From Camelus dromedarius (taxonomy: Eukaryota), in contig NC_087436.1 of the NCBI RefSeq assembly GCF_036321535.1, forward strand, positions 65,474,001 through 65,538,000: a DNA stretch of 64,000 nucleotides, read 5' to 3'. The position numbers and the translations under genes were made by a program. The notes beneath the pieces are model-generated. The model saw only the letters and a program-made list of their open reading frames with translations, was not told the DNA's origin and did no database searches. Numbering within the stretch: the stretch's first letter is position 1; each line of letters begins with the position of its first letter. This document shows positions 26,220-39,419 of the stretch, piece by piece.

Positions 26220-27256
26220 AACAGATACTGTAGTGCCCAAGGCAGATCTCCTTTTTGTATTGAGATGCTTATTCCTCCCTCTGCAGGGAGCATTGTTGGC
26301 TTTGTGTTATAGACTGAGACCTCCTCTGAGAATTGTTCTTGGTTGAAAAGATACACATAGCCAAGGTCATTTCTCTCTCCCCAGGGTGCAGCATGCATAC
26401 AATGACTGGTCAATGTATGGTATTGTTAGAGCATGCAGATAGCTACATATGAGCAGAGAAAGTGGGGCACAGGCCAAATGGCAGGAAATCATACAACTTG
26501 TGAACAACAGGAGTCTGCAGGCAAAGAGAGAAAAGCTGGAATCTCCCAACTGATAAGAAGTCACACATTTTGCTGTCACAAGTTTCCTGGGGGCAGGCAA
26601 AGAAAGTTGGGGAAAAGGCAAGAATTTCCAGCATCTCAATGTAACCTTTGCTCATAACACCCTCATTAAAATAAAATTAGCCTTGCAGACTAGAAATACC
26701 CATCATGCACGGACTCCATTACACTTCCAATCAAGACTAAGTAAGGGCAAAAATCCCTCCTCCCCTCGGGAAGATGGAGCTGGGATGGAAATCAGGGAAT
26801 ACAACTCCAAACCTCTTCCTCTCCAATGAATATTTCACCTATTTATTTTTATACTCTATGTAACCAGCTTGCTAAAGAAACTTAGCACAGCTGCTCACCT
26901 GAGCCTGCTCACCCTCCCCTTGACAGCAAACTCTCTCTTAATAAATCCTCACTTTACTTTCTTGACCTCCATATCTTATCTCTGAATTCCTTCTGGGACA
27001 ACACAGGAACCTAACCTCCGGCAACAGTATCAAAGTTCAGATTCCTTGACTTAAGGTGGGACAAATTCAAGGAGAGTTTTGAGTCCAGAACTCTCCATGA
27101 GACAGGGTCTGCGTCACAGTTCAACTTTCATTTTTCCCAATTCTACCTTTTTTATTTTAATACCTTCAAAGATGTTGGTCCTGAAAGTAGTCACCTGTAC
27201 ACTCACATATCTCCATCTAAGTTGCTGCTTTCCTAGGAAAACCAACCTAACGAACA
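26220..27256 (+). mobile_element. LTR16-like ERVL 3' LTR, split by a younger LTR
   Basis: Follows the ERVL internal end; cagatactgtagtgccc start, caatgactggtcaa, ends ttcctaggaaaaccaacctaacgaaca. Confidence 0.65.
26424..27026 (+). mobile_element. Younger ERV1-class solo LTR (603 bp)
   Basis: TGTT...AACA termini, AATAAA at 26940-26945, exact 4-bp TSD GTAT (26420-26423, 27027-27030). Confidence 0.85.
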
Positions 27257-28603
27257 GTTAAGTTTCACATTTTTCTTAATTACTTTTGATAGCTCAGAAT
27301 ATTTATTTAGTTAAGCTAATCTATATAGAAACTGGAAATCTGGTAATCCATAATTTTATTACAATTTTACACAATTTAAACAATTTAGAAGTTCTTTTCT
27401 AATACAAAGCAAACAACTTATAGACATTTTTAATGCTACAATAAATCTTTTTTTCCCATACTGCCAAATTCTGAGGCTTTTCAATTTTTTTGCTTCACTT
27501 ACAGGCAGTTGAATATGCAGAGAATGTTCTGATTTTGGACCACACTCTCTGTTGCCCTGTTTCTAAACATTCATATATTGTCAAGCATCCAGCATTTAGA
27601 ACCTATGCAGAGCTCTGAAGGTGATGATTTATTCTCAGCAGTGTTATTAACAATCTACTCAAGAGATAGATTCACTAGCTTTGTGTATAAGAAGGAAGAA
27701 ACATAAACTTACATGCTCTCTTTTGGCATAATAGTGTGTATGCTTTTTCCCCTGGGGAAAAAAAATCATTGCCAATCTTTATGCCTCTGGAGCCTTTCAT
27801 TTTCATGAATTCATTGCACAGACTCTCAAATACTTTACAGAAAGTAGTATACCAAACCTCACCACTGTCTTACTCACATTTAAGTGACAAATGCATTAGT
27901 TTATGTATTTAAACATTCAAATCAAAACAATAGACATATTTGGAACATATTTCTGCAAGTATTAAACTATGGTCTTAATATATATTTGTAAATAGATGTG
28001 GTGTTTCTCTATTTTTTTTTTAATTTTATTATAAAAACATTAGTCTTTAAGAGAAATGTTGTGTTGTCTTTGGATCATGAAATAGCAGGATGAATTCCTC
28101 AAAGAGATTATCTGGGTCACTGGAGCTTTAAAATGTAGACTAAATTCATGCAAGGATGATTTGGTCTCTGGAATTTTTTAAATGATTTGGAATAAAAGAT
28201 TTAGTGCAAATATTCTTTGAATTTATGCTGATTTGCCATAATATTAATAGTGCTTTAACTTTTATGCAAAAATTAACTGAGTAAAACTTTCATTTAAAAA
28301 CTTTCAAATAAAGAACTAGAGATAATTATACATGTGATTTTAGATCTGTCTGGAGTTACTATGTGAGTTAAATGATTCAATGCTGGATAACAAAAGGAGT
28401 AATAATTATTTCCACTTAGAACAAAATGAAGTTCATGTTGTTCTGGATGTTAGAAGACCACTGCATATCCTTCATGTGAATCAAGTAGAAAGAATGAAGT
28501 GAATGCTGTTAGGTCAGTTTCCTCACAGAGATTAAAAACACAAGTTATTAACTAGATAGACTTGCACCATATTATATTTATAATATTATATTTTGTTTCT
28601 CAG

Positions 28604-28633
28604 GTTGTTACACAGTATCTCACAGGCAAGACG
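28604..28633 (+). other. Candidate 30-nt microexon
   Basis: tattttgtttctcag|GTTGTTACACAGTATCTCACAGGCAAGACG|gtaagt; near-consensus acceptor and donor, no stop in any frame. Confidence 0.45.
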
Positions 28634-28954
28634 GTAAGTTGTTGAAAGCCTTGATGACATGTTATGCTTACAAAAGTTATGTAAATGTTTAAGTCAGAAA
28701 GGAATTCAAAATAATTCAAAGTGTTTTTTTTTTAAGTCTGCATATTTTTCCAAGATATAAATTAAAATTATTATTCAAAAATATGCTTCTGGTAAAAATG
28801 TTTTAAAAATGCCCTTTTCATGAGAAGTACTTTTATACCGAAGAGCACTGACAAACACACAGCTATGGAGAGAAAGTGTAAAATGATGAAAAATTTGGGT
28901 TACATTTTTGTTCAACAAGGAATTGAAGCAAGACACTTATAATGCCTCATGGGT

Positions 28955-29535
28955 TACATGTACTCCAATGTTCACAGCAGCACTGTTTACAGTAGCCAAG
29001 ACATGGAAGCAACCTAAATGTCCATTGAGAGATGACTAGATAAAGAAGTTGTGGTATATTTATACAATGGAATACTACTCAGCCATAAAAAAGAATAAAA
29101 TAATGCCATTTGCAACAACATGGATGGACCTAGAGATCATCATTGTAAGTGAAGTAAACCAGAAAGAGAAAGAAAAATACCATATGGTATCACTCATAGT
29201 GGAACCTAAAAAAAAGAAGACACTAATGAACTTATCTACAAAACAGAAACAAACTCACAGACATAGTAAACAATCTTATGGTTATCAGGGAAAAGAGGTA
29301 GAAAGGGATAAATTTGGGAGTTTGAGATTTGCAAATGTTAGCCACTATATATAAAGATAGATTAAAAAAAACAAATTTCTTCTATATAGCACTGGGAACT
29401 ATATTGAATATCTTGTAATAACCTTTAATGAAAAAAAAATGAAAACAAATGTATGTATGTATATGCATGCCTGGGATATTGTGCTGTACACAATAAACTG
29501 ACACACTGTAACTGACTATACTTGAAAAAAAAAAA
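28955..29535 (+). mobile_element. 5'-truncated L1 3' end, camelid-type
   Basis: ORF2 C-terminus WYIYTMEYYSAIKKNKIMPFATTWMDLE, 3' UTR, A-tail at ~29525-29535. Confidence 0.93.
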
Positions 29536-30711
29536 CCTCCTAACTATGGAGTACTACAACCTGTTTGCACTCTCAACCCCCAACCCACCACCTGGAGTCA
29601 ATTTTAATATGTGTAGTTTACAAAAGCATGGGATACAATGTTCACTGCTGATATCCATCTTTATTGTGGACTTAAAACATCATTTAAAGTTATATTTTGC
29701 TCAGAACAATTAATGATATTTATAGATATTCCAAGCTACATTAAAATAAACTGTAGGGGTCTGAATTTCTAATTTGTACTTATTTTCTAATTATTGGTGA
29801 AAGAATAAAACTACTGTCATTACTATTTTCAACCAATGATATCAAAGGAAAATATTATTTTCCTTTACCAACTCCAATTGAACTGGGCAAAGGAAACAAA
29901 AACATACTCATACTATGAAAACATCATCGTCTCAATTTCTCTGAAGTCAGGTGGAATGAATCTGCCAAATGAAAAACTGTGAGCCGCAGCTGCTGCCCCC
30001 AAATTGATCTGTTTCATAGAACATATCTGCTTAATCTTTCATAATGGATCATGGCACAAAAAGCATCTTGACATGAACTGAACTTGACATTTGCCAAATT
30101 AATTTCTCATTTTCTTTCCAGAAACAAGAAATGTTGTTAATTTGCAGCATATTCACAGCATATACCAACACTTATGTAATTACATAACATATGGCAAATG
30201 ATAAAATGGTCTATGAGATATTATATTCCAAATGAATACTCATTCTAATAGGAATTAACTACTCAATTCTAGCTCCGTGCCGGTATTTGATTCTAGCAAA
30301 TACTTGGTTTTGAATATATCTGCTGTTGATCATATTCTTGATTTTTCTAACTCTTGGTCAGTAAAGCTGATTTGTTCAATTTTTATCAGTTTAAGTAAAA
30401 TTCATGTATATTCATATTAAGTGAAAATATATACAATAAGAACTTATACTAAGAATTCAAAATACCTCTGAAAACTTTTGTTTTCACAAAGTAAAGCATA
30501 CCTCTGTATAGTTTTTTTTTTTTAATGAAGGTAATATATTAAACTTAGGGTTTAAAATGATCATTCTGAGCATTATCCAGGTCAAATATAAGAAAGAAGC
30601 AAGCTGGAGGCAGAGGAACTAGAAAGAAAACTATCTGAAGAAGCCAGGTAAAAGATGACAGTGATTATACAAGTGTGTCGAAGTAGACAGAAAAAAATTT
30701 AGAGATTTAAG

Positions 30712-31179
30712 TGTCAACTTAAAGAAAGCCATGCAACATGAGTTGTGAGTTTAAGTTGTATTCAGAGGCTTAGTGAGGACTATGGCCTGGGAGACAACCA
30801 CTCACATCAGCTCTGAGGACACTGCTCTGAAGAGGTATAGGAAGAGCCAGATTATATGTGGTTTTTGGCTGGGAAATATGTGCAGTTAAGCATACACCTT
30901 GTTAAAAGATCACTGCTAGTCACATAGATACCTCAAGTTAATGATTTTAGTGTTTTCTATGTATGGAAAGATGCAAGAATCTAGGGTCATTAAAATTTCT
31001 CCTAAGATATACATCTAACTATCAAAGAGGCCTGCTTGTCCAAAACACAGAGGGCTTTATCTTGTTATTGCTTTAATTTCCTCTCAGAATGCACTGTCAA
31101 TCAGCGACTGCAGTGGATTATGACTTAATCCTTGTAGAACTGGGTGGTGAGCAACGTCCTTTGTTCTTCTCTGTTCACA
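30712..31179 (-). mobile_element. ERV1 solo LTR (artiodactyl MER41-like) inserted in L2
   Basis: TGT...ACA termini, cagatacctcaagttaatgattttagtg-type motif; L2 sequence on both sides (~30530-30710, ~31180-31370). Confidence 0.7.
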
Positions 31180-31799
31180 AGAGTAGGAGAGTTTGGGGAA
31201 AAGATGATGAGCTAAATTTTAGACATGTTGGGTTTCAGATGCTTAGATTTGAATTCACTAAGTTAGAAACAGCCATTGTGTTAAGATGGTATAAATCACA
31301 AAGGAAAAACGTGAGTCCTAAGACTCTAGTGCATAATTTAGTCACTAGACAAAGGTGAGATCACTTAGGTAAAAAAAAGAGTGATCCTCTCTTTTATACT
31401 GGGTGAATTCTTTCCTCACATTTTCATTAGTAGTTACGCTGCTGTCTATAGCTTTGAGCTCAAATTACACAGACTAATAAGCATTCTGCAATGTTATTAG
31501 GAATTTGATACTGATATAATTAGACACAAGGAAAGAACACAAATGACTGCCATCACCAAAATAAACTGCTTCCAAGTCACTATACTTTATCTTGCAAAAA
31601 AAAAAAAATGTGTTTGGTCTATGTATTTTGTAAAATTGTTTAACAATATACAACTTGGTTTGTTTTGAAAGTTTCTGAAAGTACACAAGTAGGTGTATCA
31701 GACCAAGCTCTATTAGACACTTATAAATGATGGGAAATATTTTGGAAAACAGCTGTTTGTAGTTATTTGTGAGAAAAGAAAAGAAAACAGGCATAAACT

Positions 31800-33700
31800 T
31801 TGGGAGAAATATACCATGAAAGAAGAAAACTGAGATTAGTATATATAAGAATTCCTACTTGAGAGTGCTCCCTAAACCACAGGTGTCAGAGATGAGAGCT
31901 GGGAACTCAAACAGAATGCCATGGTTGTCCTGCAGTATTAGCAAGCTTTCACAGTTGGGGTTACCAGAGCAGCAGAAAGGTGAAGATGAAAATGATAAAA
32001 AGGAAGGAGCTACAGACAGAGAAACCTAAATATTTATACAAGCTCCAAATTCTTGCTGACCTCATAAACTGTGCACTTATAGTGAAGAATCCAAGGAGCT
32101 AGTGAAAGCAACATTTTAAACTGAGTGAAGATTTCAGCTGCTGTCAACTGCTGGGGAAACTGAGTTTGCAGTTTAAGTTCAGCAAAGATGACTTCTTCTT
32201 AGGAAAAATCCACACACTTAAGGGAAAGAAAACCAAATATACTACTATTCACACTATTGTGGCCAAAATTAAAAAAAAAAAATACTAAGCATATAAAACT
32301 TAGAAAAGGGCAAGCACAGCTTAACAGAAAACTGCATAGAGATGATTCAAGTATTGGAATTTCAAGACAAAGATGTTAGAGTAATTTATCAAGTGCACAT
32401 CTAACTACTTAAATATAAATATGATCATCATTAATAGCAGATGTAGAATCTTATGAGAAAAAAAGAAAAATATAGATATATAGGTAGATAGATAGGGAAA
32501 CAGAATTCTAAAACTGAAGAGTATAATAACTAAAATGATACATTTCTTGGATTGGCTTACCAGAAGATTGGAGGTGCAGATGACAGGGTTAATGAATTTG
32601 AGAATAAAATTTTCTTCAGAGAATATAATTGAAAAAATATGAAGATAATTACAGTGACATGTGGGACAATATCAAGTCCTCTATATATATATAATAAAAG
32701 ACCCAGAAAGATAGGAATGAGAGAATGGGGCAAATAAATATTTTAAGAAATATTGGCTGAATATTTATCAAGGTCAACTTAAAAATAAATTAGTTTATAG
32801 ATCCAAGAAACTTAGCCCACTTCAAGCAGGAATAAAACAACCAGACAAATGAAAACATATCTGAGCTTACAGTCAAACTGCTGAAAATAATTTTTAAAAA
32901 AACAATTAAAATATTGCATGCATACTACTGCCAGAAAGCAGAGGAAAAAATCATATTACCTAAAGGGAGCAATGGTACTAGTGATTACGACTGACTTCTA
33001 TCTGAATAATGGAAATTAGAGGTAAAAGGAATGAAATATTCCAAAGTAGTGAACTGAAAGGAAAAAAAATATTCTACTCTGCATTCTATATCCAGAAAAA
33101 TAGTATTTCAAAGATAAAGGCAAAATAAAAGCATTTTTATATAACTCTTAACTGTAGGAATTCATGACCAGTAGGTCTGTATATTGCAAAATAAGCCAAA
33201 GGAAATTTTTCAGGCTGAAGGAAAAAAAAAAAACAGGTAGAAACTCAGATCTCCTGGAAGAAATGAAGAGCAATGGATGTGGGAGACTAAAAATCATTAA
33301 AATCATTGCCCTGTACTGTGTTTTTAAATATATGTCAATACAATATATGTGACAATAATTACACAAAGGACAGGGCAGTAAATCGAGTTGTACTGTTAAA
33401 AGGATCTTACATTTTATGTGTGGTAGTAAAATATTAACTCTATGCACATTTGATAAGTTAATGATGCATATTATAATATCCAGATCAAGTACTGAAAATA
33501 AAGCAAATAGATATACCTTCAAATTCAATAGAGTAATTAAAATACAATACTACTTTTCAAATTAACCTATAAGAAAGAAGGAAAACGGCACCTAGGAACC
33601 AAATAATAGGAAAAACGAAAAACAAAAACAAAATGGTAAATCCCACACCAGTTAACCTGAAAAGGACTACACTTTCCAAATAAAAATACAGAACTCTTTT
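31800..33700 (+). mobile_element. Old L1M 5' UTR/ORF1 remnant up to the ORF2 start
   Basis: A-rich ORF1-like stretches (gtgggacaatatcaag, tatagatccaagaaacttagc, gcattctatatccagaaaaa). Confidence 0.75.
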
Positions 33701-34419
33701 TTGGAGAAACATGGCTTCTCCATTTTGTTTGCAGTAAATGTCATTTCTTACTATTAATCAAAATATCTTTCATTCTTCTTCTTACTACTGTGCTATGCCA
33801 TATCTGTTTAATAAACAGCACTAGTAGCCACTCAGAGACTTTGCTTCATTCTTGATCTCTGAATTTTGTAGTTTGTGAAAATTCCTCACAGAATCATGGT
33901 CTTTATCCATCTTAAAATGTCAGGTATATTAGGAGTTTATACATTTTTCTGTGTTATATTTTTACAAAGATTTTAATAAAAATTTAGAATTGATTGCAAC
34001 AGATGTAATCCTACATATACCATGTAGATCCAAATAGTCCAGCCTATTATGATTTTATTTTTTTAACCTACATAATCAGTGTATTTTTATTTTATTAAGC
34101 ACTAATGGTAATTATCCAAATAGTTTCTTATATTTTCATGATTTTAAGGTATAATTTTTTTAAATCTATATAGCAAAATTCTGAGTTTTGTATTAGTAAA
34201 TATAAATTATTTAGCCCAGAAATAAGCACTATTAATATTACTATTACTTTCCATTTATACTATAAAGTTTAATTTAAATCACAGTTATATGTGGAGGAGT
34301 AACCAGGCAGAAGTTCAGAAATACACTTAGTTTATCAATTCTCTTTTCTCCCCCTAATGTTATTGAAGGTATTGTAAACATTTTCCTATGGATCTGAAGT
34401 CAGATTGCATATTGATGGC

Positions 34420-34670
34420 AACAGATTAGAAAAATGGTTAGGTACTTATACACTGGAACCAAAATGCCTGTATTTGAATCCAAGCTCTATAATTTGGTGG
34501 AAATATGGGCGTGTTGTTTAATTGATACATACACCAGTTTTCCTCATTGGTAAAAATGGATGCAATAGCAGTACCTATTTCATTGAACACATATGAGAAT
34601 TAAGATAATATACGTAAAGCTCTTTGAAAATTATGTGGCACATATTAAGTAATCAATGCTGCTATTATTA
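34420..34670 (+). mobile_element. MIR SINE
   Basis: tgcctgtatttgaatccaagctct...ccagttttcctcattggtaaaaatgg...gtacctatttcattg. Confidence 0.75.
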
Positions 34671-34684
34671 TTAAAGTATTATTA

Positions 34685-35088
34685 TGCTAGTTAGATCTCC
34701 AGAGAAACAGAACTAATAGGATGAGTATATGTATATACATATTTTTTTTTAAGTAATTGGTTCATAACATTATAGAGGCTGGCAAGTTCATAATCTGTAG
34801 GTTTAGCAGGCAAGCTGGAGACCCAGGCAAGAGCTCACATTGCAGTTCAAGTCCGAAGGCACAATTTCTTCTTGTTCAGGAAGGGTCAGTCTTTGTTCTA
34901 TTAAGGCCTTCAATCAACTGGATAAGGCCCACCCACATTATGGAGGGCCATCTGCTTTACTCAGTGTTGACCCACTAAAATGCTAATCTCATCTGAAAAG
35001 CACTCTCACAGAAATATCCTGAATAACATCTGACCAAATATCTGGGCACTGTAGCCCAGACAAGTTGACTCTTAAAATTAGCCAGTAC
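34685..35088 (-). mobile_element. MLT2 (ERVL) solo LTR
   Basis: tctccagagaaacagaactaatagg...ggcccacccacattatggaggg...caagttgactcttaaaattagcc. Confidence 0.85.
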
Positions 35089-35171
35089 TTAATAACACAG
35101 CATTCTCTTTCCTGAGGTAGTTCTCCTGACTAAAGAAAAAATCTCCACCTTCTGCATTTGTCATCTAAATA

Positions 35172-35398
35172 CACAATGACCCTTAAACAACACAGGGGTT
35201 AGGGTGCCAACCCTCTGTGCAGTGCAGTTGAAAACCCTAGTATAATTCTACAGTTGATCCTCCATCCTCATTTGTAGTTCTGCATCAACAGATTCAATTC
35301 ACTTCAGATAGTGTAGTACTATAATGCATATGTATTTAAAAAGTTTGCTTATAAGTGGACCTATGTAATTCGAACTCGTGTTGTTCAAATGGCAACTA
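35172..35398. mobile_element. Tigger2-family MITE
   Basis: Terminal inverted repeats (TIRs) tgacccttaaacaacac / gtgttgttcaaatggcaac, TA at flanks. Confidence 0.8.
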
Positions 35399-36177
35399 TA
35401 ATTCCTTTACTAAAAAGGGTGGATAAAAAGTACAGCTTATTTCACCAAACTTACATTTGCTCTTTCAATTACTTCATTTCCCCAGAGTTATCTTATAGTT
35501 CATTGAATTGTTTTCATACTATCATGGGAGACATAAAATATGAATTATATTTTGCAATTTTGGTACCATATTGAATGTATTTGCTAATTGTAACATAATT
35601 TTAGACATTATTGCTTTATTGTTTGAAATGTTGAAATGTATTGGGAGGGAATGCTAGTATACATGGGAGATAGGACTGGTTTTTTTTATACAAAAATGCA
35701 CAATTGCCAGCTGTAGAAGGAAGGATGACTACCCTGGATTTTTCAAGAAAACATACTTAGTAATAAGTCAAGTGACCTTTTTGAAAATATAAGAAATTCA
35801 TATATAAACAAAAACAAAACAAAACAAAAAATAGCTACTGACATCATATTGGTGATTAGAATATTTTAAAATTATAAAATATGGTAAATTTAATAATAGT
35901 TAGAATTTAGTAGGTAAAGTATGCTAAATTCCAAAATCATTCTTAGTGTAAATATTAGAATTTATTTTTTTATTTATCTTGTTTTAGAGTATGTTTTCTA
36001 CAGTTTTGTTCTTTGGTCACCAAGTTTTTAAGTATTATCCACCACCTTTAAAATATCTATTAGAGTAATCATAATCATCCAATAAAATGGATAAATCCAG
36101 TGAAAATACATCAATAGAAATGAGTACAGTTTTTTTTCCTAAATGGTTTCGTATATGAACTACCACGTTCTTCTCAG

Positions 36178-36212
36178 AAGAACAGCTGGAGACACTGGTA
36201 CTCCATTAAAAG
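36178..36212 (+). other. Candidate small exon (35 nt, or 32 nt via NAGNAG)
   Basis: ttcttctcag|AAGAACAGC...ATTAAAAG|gtaagt; very strong donor, modest acceptor. Confidence 0.3.
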
Positions 36213-36687
36213 GTAAGTTTGAGATAAAAAAGTTGTATGTTTAGGTAATAATAACCTATACTGTAATTAAATGTAAAGCTAACTTCCCCAAATATGACAA
36301 TGTAAATCCATTTCATATTATTTTTTATGGAATTGAGAGTATTGTTTTTAGCATTGTTTTACTGAATTATTTTCCATCTTTGCTTAACAAACTTTGTTTT
36401 GAATCTTAACAATATTGCCTGAAGACATGTTACTTTAAAAATTTATTACAAGGAAAAGTATTTAGTTTGCAGGATATGGTGGAGGAAAATACGCTGTTTG
36501 CTTAGAGACAAAATTTTCAGAGGGCCTAATTAGTTGAACTGGAGCAGTGATTTAGCTTCAAAATTAACAGGGCACTAAATTATTAGCTTTGAGTTAGAAA
36601 ACTTTAGATGACCTCCTGAACTCTATTATTCAAACATGTTGAAGAACTAGATAATTATTCACTCTATTTATATGCATTATAAGAGAA

Positions 36688-36858
36688 AGGCATACCTCAC
36701 AGATATTGTGAATTTGCTTCCACAATATCACAATGAAGCAGATATATCAGTAAAGTGAGTAACATGAAATTTTTGGTTTCCCAGTACACACAAAAAGTTA
36801 TGTTTACACTACACTGCAGTCTATTAAGTGTGAAATAGCATTATGTCTAAAAATGTCT
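36688..36858 (-). mobile_element. Tigger1 terminal fragment
   Basis: ggcatacctcacagatattg...tttttggtttcccagt...aagttatgtttacactacactg..gtctattaagtgtg. Confidence 0.8.
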
Positions 36859-37539
36859 TTTGCTGAAGGACTGACTTGTGCATCTATAATCCCTCATTCT
36901 CAGTGAAACTCTCTGTTCTGTTCATAATTCTGTTTCATCCCACATGATCTCCCACCCATTCTCTAGTTCCACTTCCAGTCACAGCTGAGTGAAGTCGTTG
37001 CACAGAACCTTGTGAAAGGTGGCACATAATCCATACGCCTTCCAAAAGTACCAACAGAGTATTCTCTCAGGAATTTGAGTTTGGAGATTCTAAAGAAAAA
37101 GGCAATTTGTGTTACAACATCCGCGTGCCACCATGAATTAAAAAGGAATTGGGCAGGTCATGGTGTGATCTATGCTAATTACGATTATTTGGCAGCAGGG
37201 ACCATGAATAAGTAGAGGAATAAGAGGATTAAAGCCCAAACACTGAGCAGATGCACAAAGAGAGTTTCAGACACCATATGAGAAGAAGTCCATGAAGGCC
37301 ATTTGTGGAATCTATCCATATAGATTCCTAGGTTGACATTTAGAGTCCATGAATGGAAACTGAACCCTTTCTCTAAGGTTAACTTTAAAGTAGCTCAGAG
37401 TATTCCTCACTTTTTCATTTTAATGACAAGAAAACTTTTAGAGAAGTTAATGGTTTATTCTAGGTCACATCACAAATTTGTTACAAAATTAGGGTAAAAA
37501 TTTAAAAACTTTCCCGCTAAACAATACTCCCCAGTGATT

Positions 37540-38290
37540 CCAAAAAATGCAAATCTGAATACTGTCATCCTCCTACAGAACAGTGCACTGGGAAGTGCAC
37601 ACGCACATCAACTCCTTACGTGGCAATACAGGCTGGTATGCCTCTCACCAGCCTCTTTCTGAGCTCATATACTCCTACTTTTTGTTTCAGCTCTAAGGGG
37701 CACATTTTTTGTTCTTTCTAAAACATGGTGTCTATTTACTTCTGTTTCATTTCCAAGTGAGTTATTTTCTTTTCCACTTCACCTGGCCAACTCTATCATC
37801 AATACTGAAAAGCCTTTTTTATTAAGGAGGCCTTCTCTGGACTTACTCAGAACTTACTCATGTTCCCCACTCTGCATGCCTCCGCTGCAGTGACATGGCA
37901 TGCCACAACTTAATCCTTGCAATTCCTTGTTTGGCATTAAGCTTCTTCAATAGACCCAAAGCCCCATCCCAGTGCCTGGACAAAGAATAGGCTTTCAGAA
38001 TATATACACTGAATAAATAAAAATAGCTAACATGTACTACTACATACCAGACACTATTCTACAAAGATTAGATAGATAGGTAGAGAGATAATAAAATAGA
38101 CACAAAAATGTCAAATAAGTTTTTTATGGCACAAATCTATCATGTAAATGCTATTACTATCCCCATTTATAGATAAAATTGAGGAAAGAGAAATTAAGTA
38201 ACCTGCCTCAAGGACACACACCTAACAGATGACAAGTTGGAATGTGAACTAGCAATCTGACTTCAGGGCCTGTGCTCTACCAATGCAAAA
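37540..38290. mobile_element. L2 fragment (+) followed by MIR (-)
   Basis: cagtgcctggacaaagaataggc...gaataaataaa L2 end; then ccccatttatagataaaattgagg...taagtaacctgcc MIR core. Confidence 0.65.
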
Positions 38291-39419
38291 TGTACTATAT
38301 TTTCAGTGATTGTATTATCCTTATGATAATGTTAGGTAGGCAGTTTGTACCAAGACAGTGACTCAGGCCAACTGCAAATTAAAAAAAAAAAAAAAGACAA
38401 AAGAGAAGAAAATATGTTATTTAAAGAATGTAACACAAAGGCATGATAGCCACAGAATATATAAGTAAAAGTTTTCATATTTATTTTATAAAATGTACAT
38501 AGTTTCCCCTATTTTGTTGAGAACTTGATTCAGAGAAAGAATCTTTTCTTTTCAGTGAAATGAATACTATATTGTTTGATTTCCAGTGTTTTTTCACTAG
38601 CATAAAAATTTTATTTTAACCATCCTGTTTGAGGTTCTCAGGCAGGCCACATGATAAATCAGCTTTGAGCATCCTTGGGGAGTTCATAAAACTCACTTTT
38701 TATTCTTCTCCTTGAGTTTTAGGCCTGTGGTAGCTCTACATAATGTTCTCTAAAGAGTAGAATCCTACTAAGATCACATCTGTTTAAATCACTTTCTCTT
38801 TGTTTTGAAGTTACTAAAGATAAAATACTTGAGTATGAATTAAGACTCAAATATTGCTTTAACAGCAATATGCAAGTTTCTTCATATTAAAGTTCTTGTT
38901 TGAATTTATCATTTACAGTTACTTTTAAAAATATTCACCTGTTTTTAAATACTGATCTCTTTACTTCCATATATGAATCACAACTGTGAATTAAAATTCA
39001 TTAGCTCTCTAAAGAGAGAGAACCTAATGGAAAGGAAATTGTTGAAGATCAATAGAGCTGTGACCAACTTAATTATGTAGTTATTTGTACTGCAAAACAT
39101 ATTTCTATTGATGAGAAACTTAAATGAAATATTAACACATCTCAACTATATAACTATTTTCTCTATGTCTCTTTTACATTTTACCTGTTATTCAAACTTA
39201 GTATAGGTTTTATACAATACTTATTTTATATAAGTAAAACTCATAAATTTACTCAAGGGAATTCTAATAAACAACTATAAATGAAGTGATTTGTTTATAA
39301 TTTATCTGAAATGAGAAGTAAATACTTGTAGTAGGCTGGAATTATTTCTATTACATTTTAATGTTTATGCTGATCTTGTGAGAATTGAACCAGTATGAAT
39401 TTTTGTTGCATCCTTTAGT

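Larger units (their letters stand above)
24340..26220 (+). mobile_element. ERVL-class internal remnant (pol RNase H/integrase), interrupted
   Basis: Degenerate matches to ERVL pol motifs: NQLTEEGK near 24990 and an integrase-like TW*QVVYI segment near 25650 (cf. TWWQVDYIGPLP); many stops and frameshifts. Confidence 0.75.
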
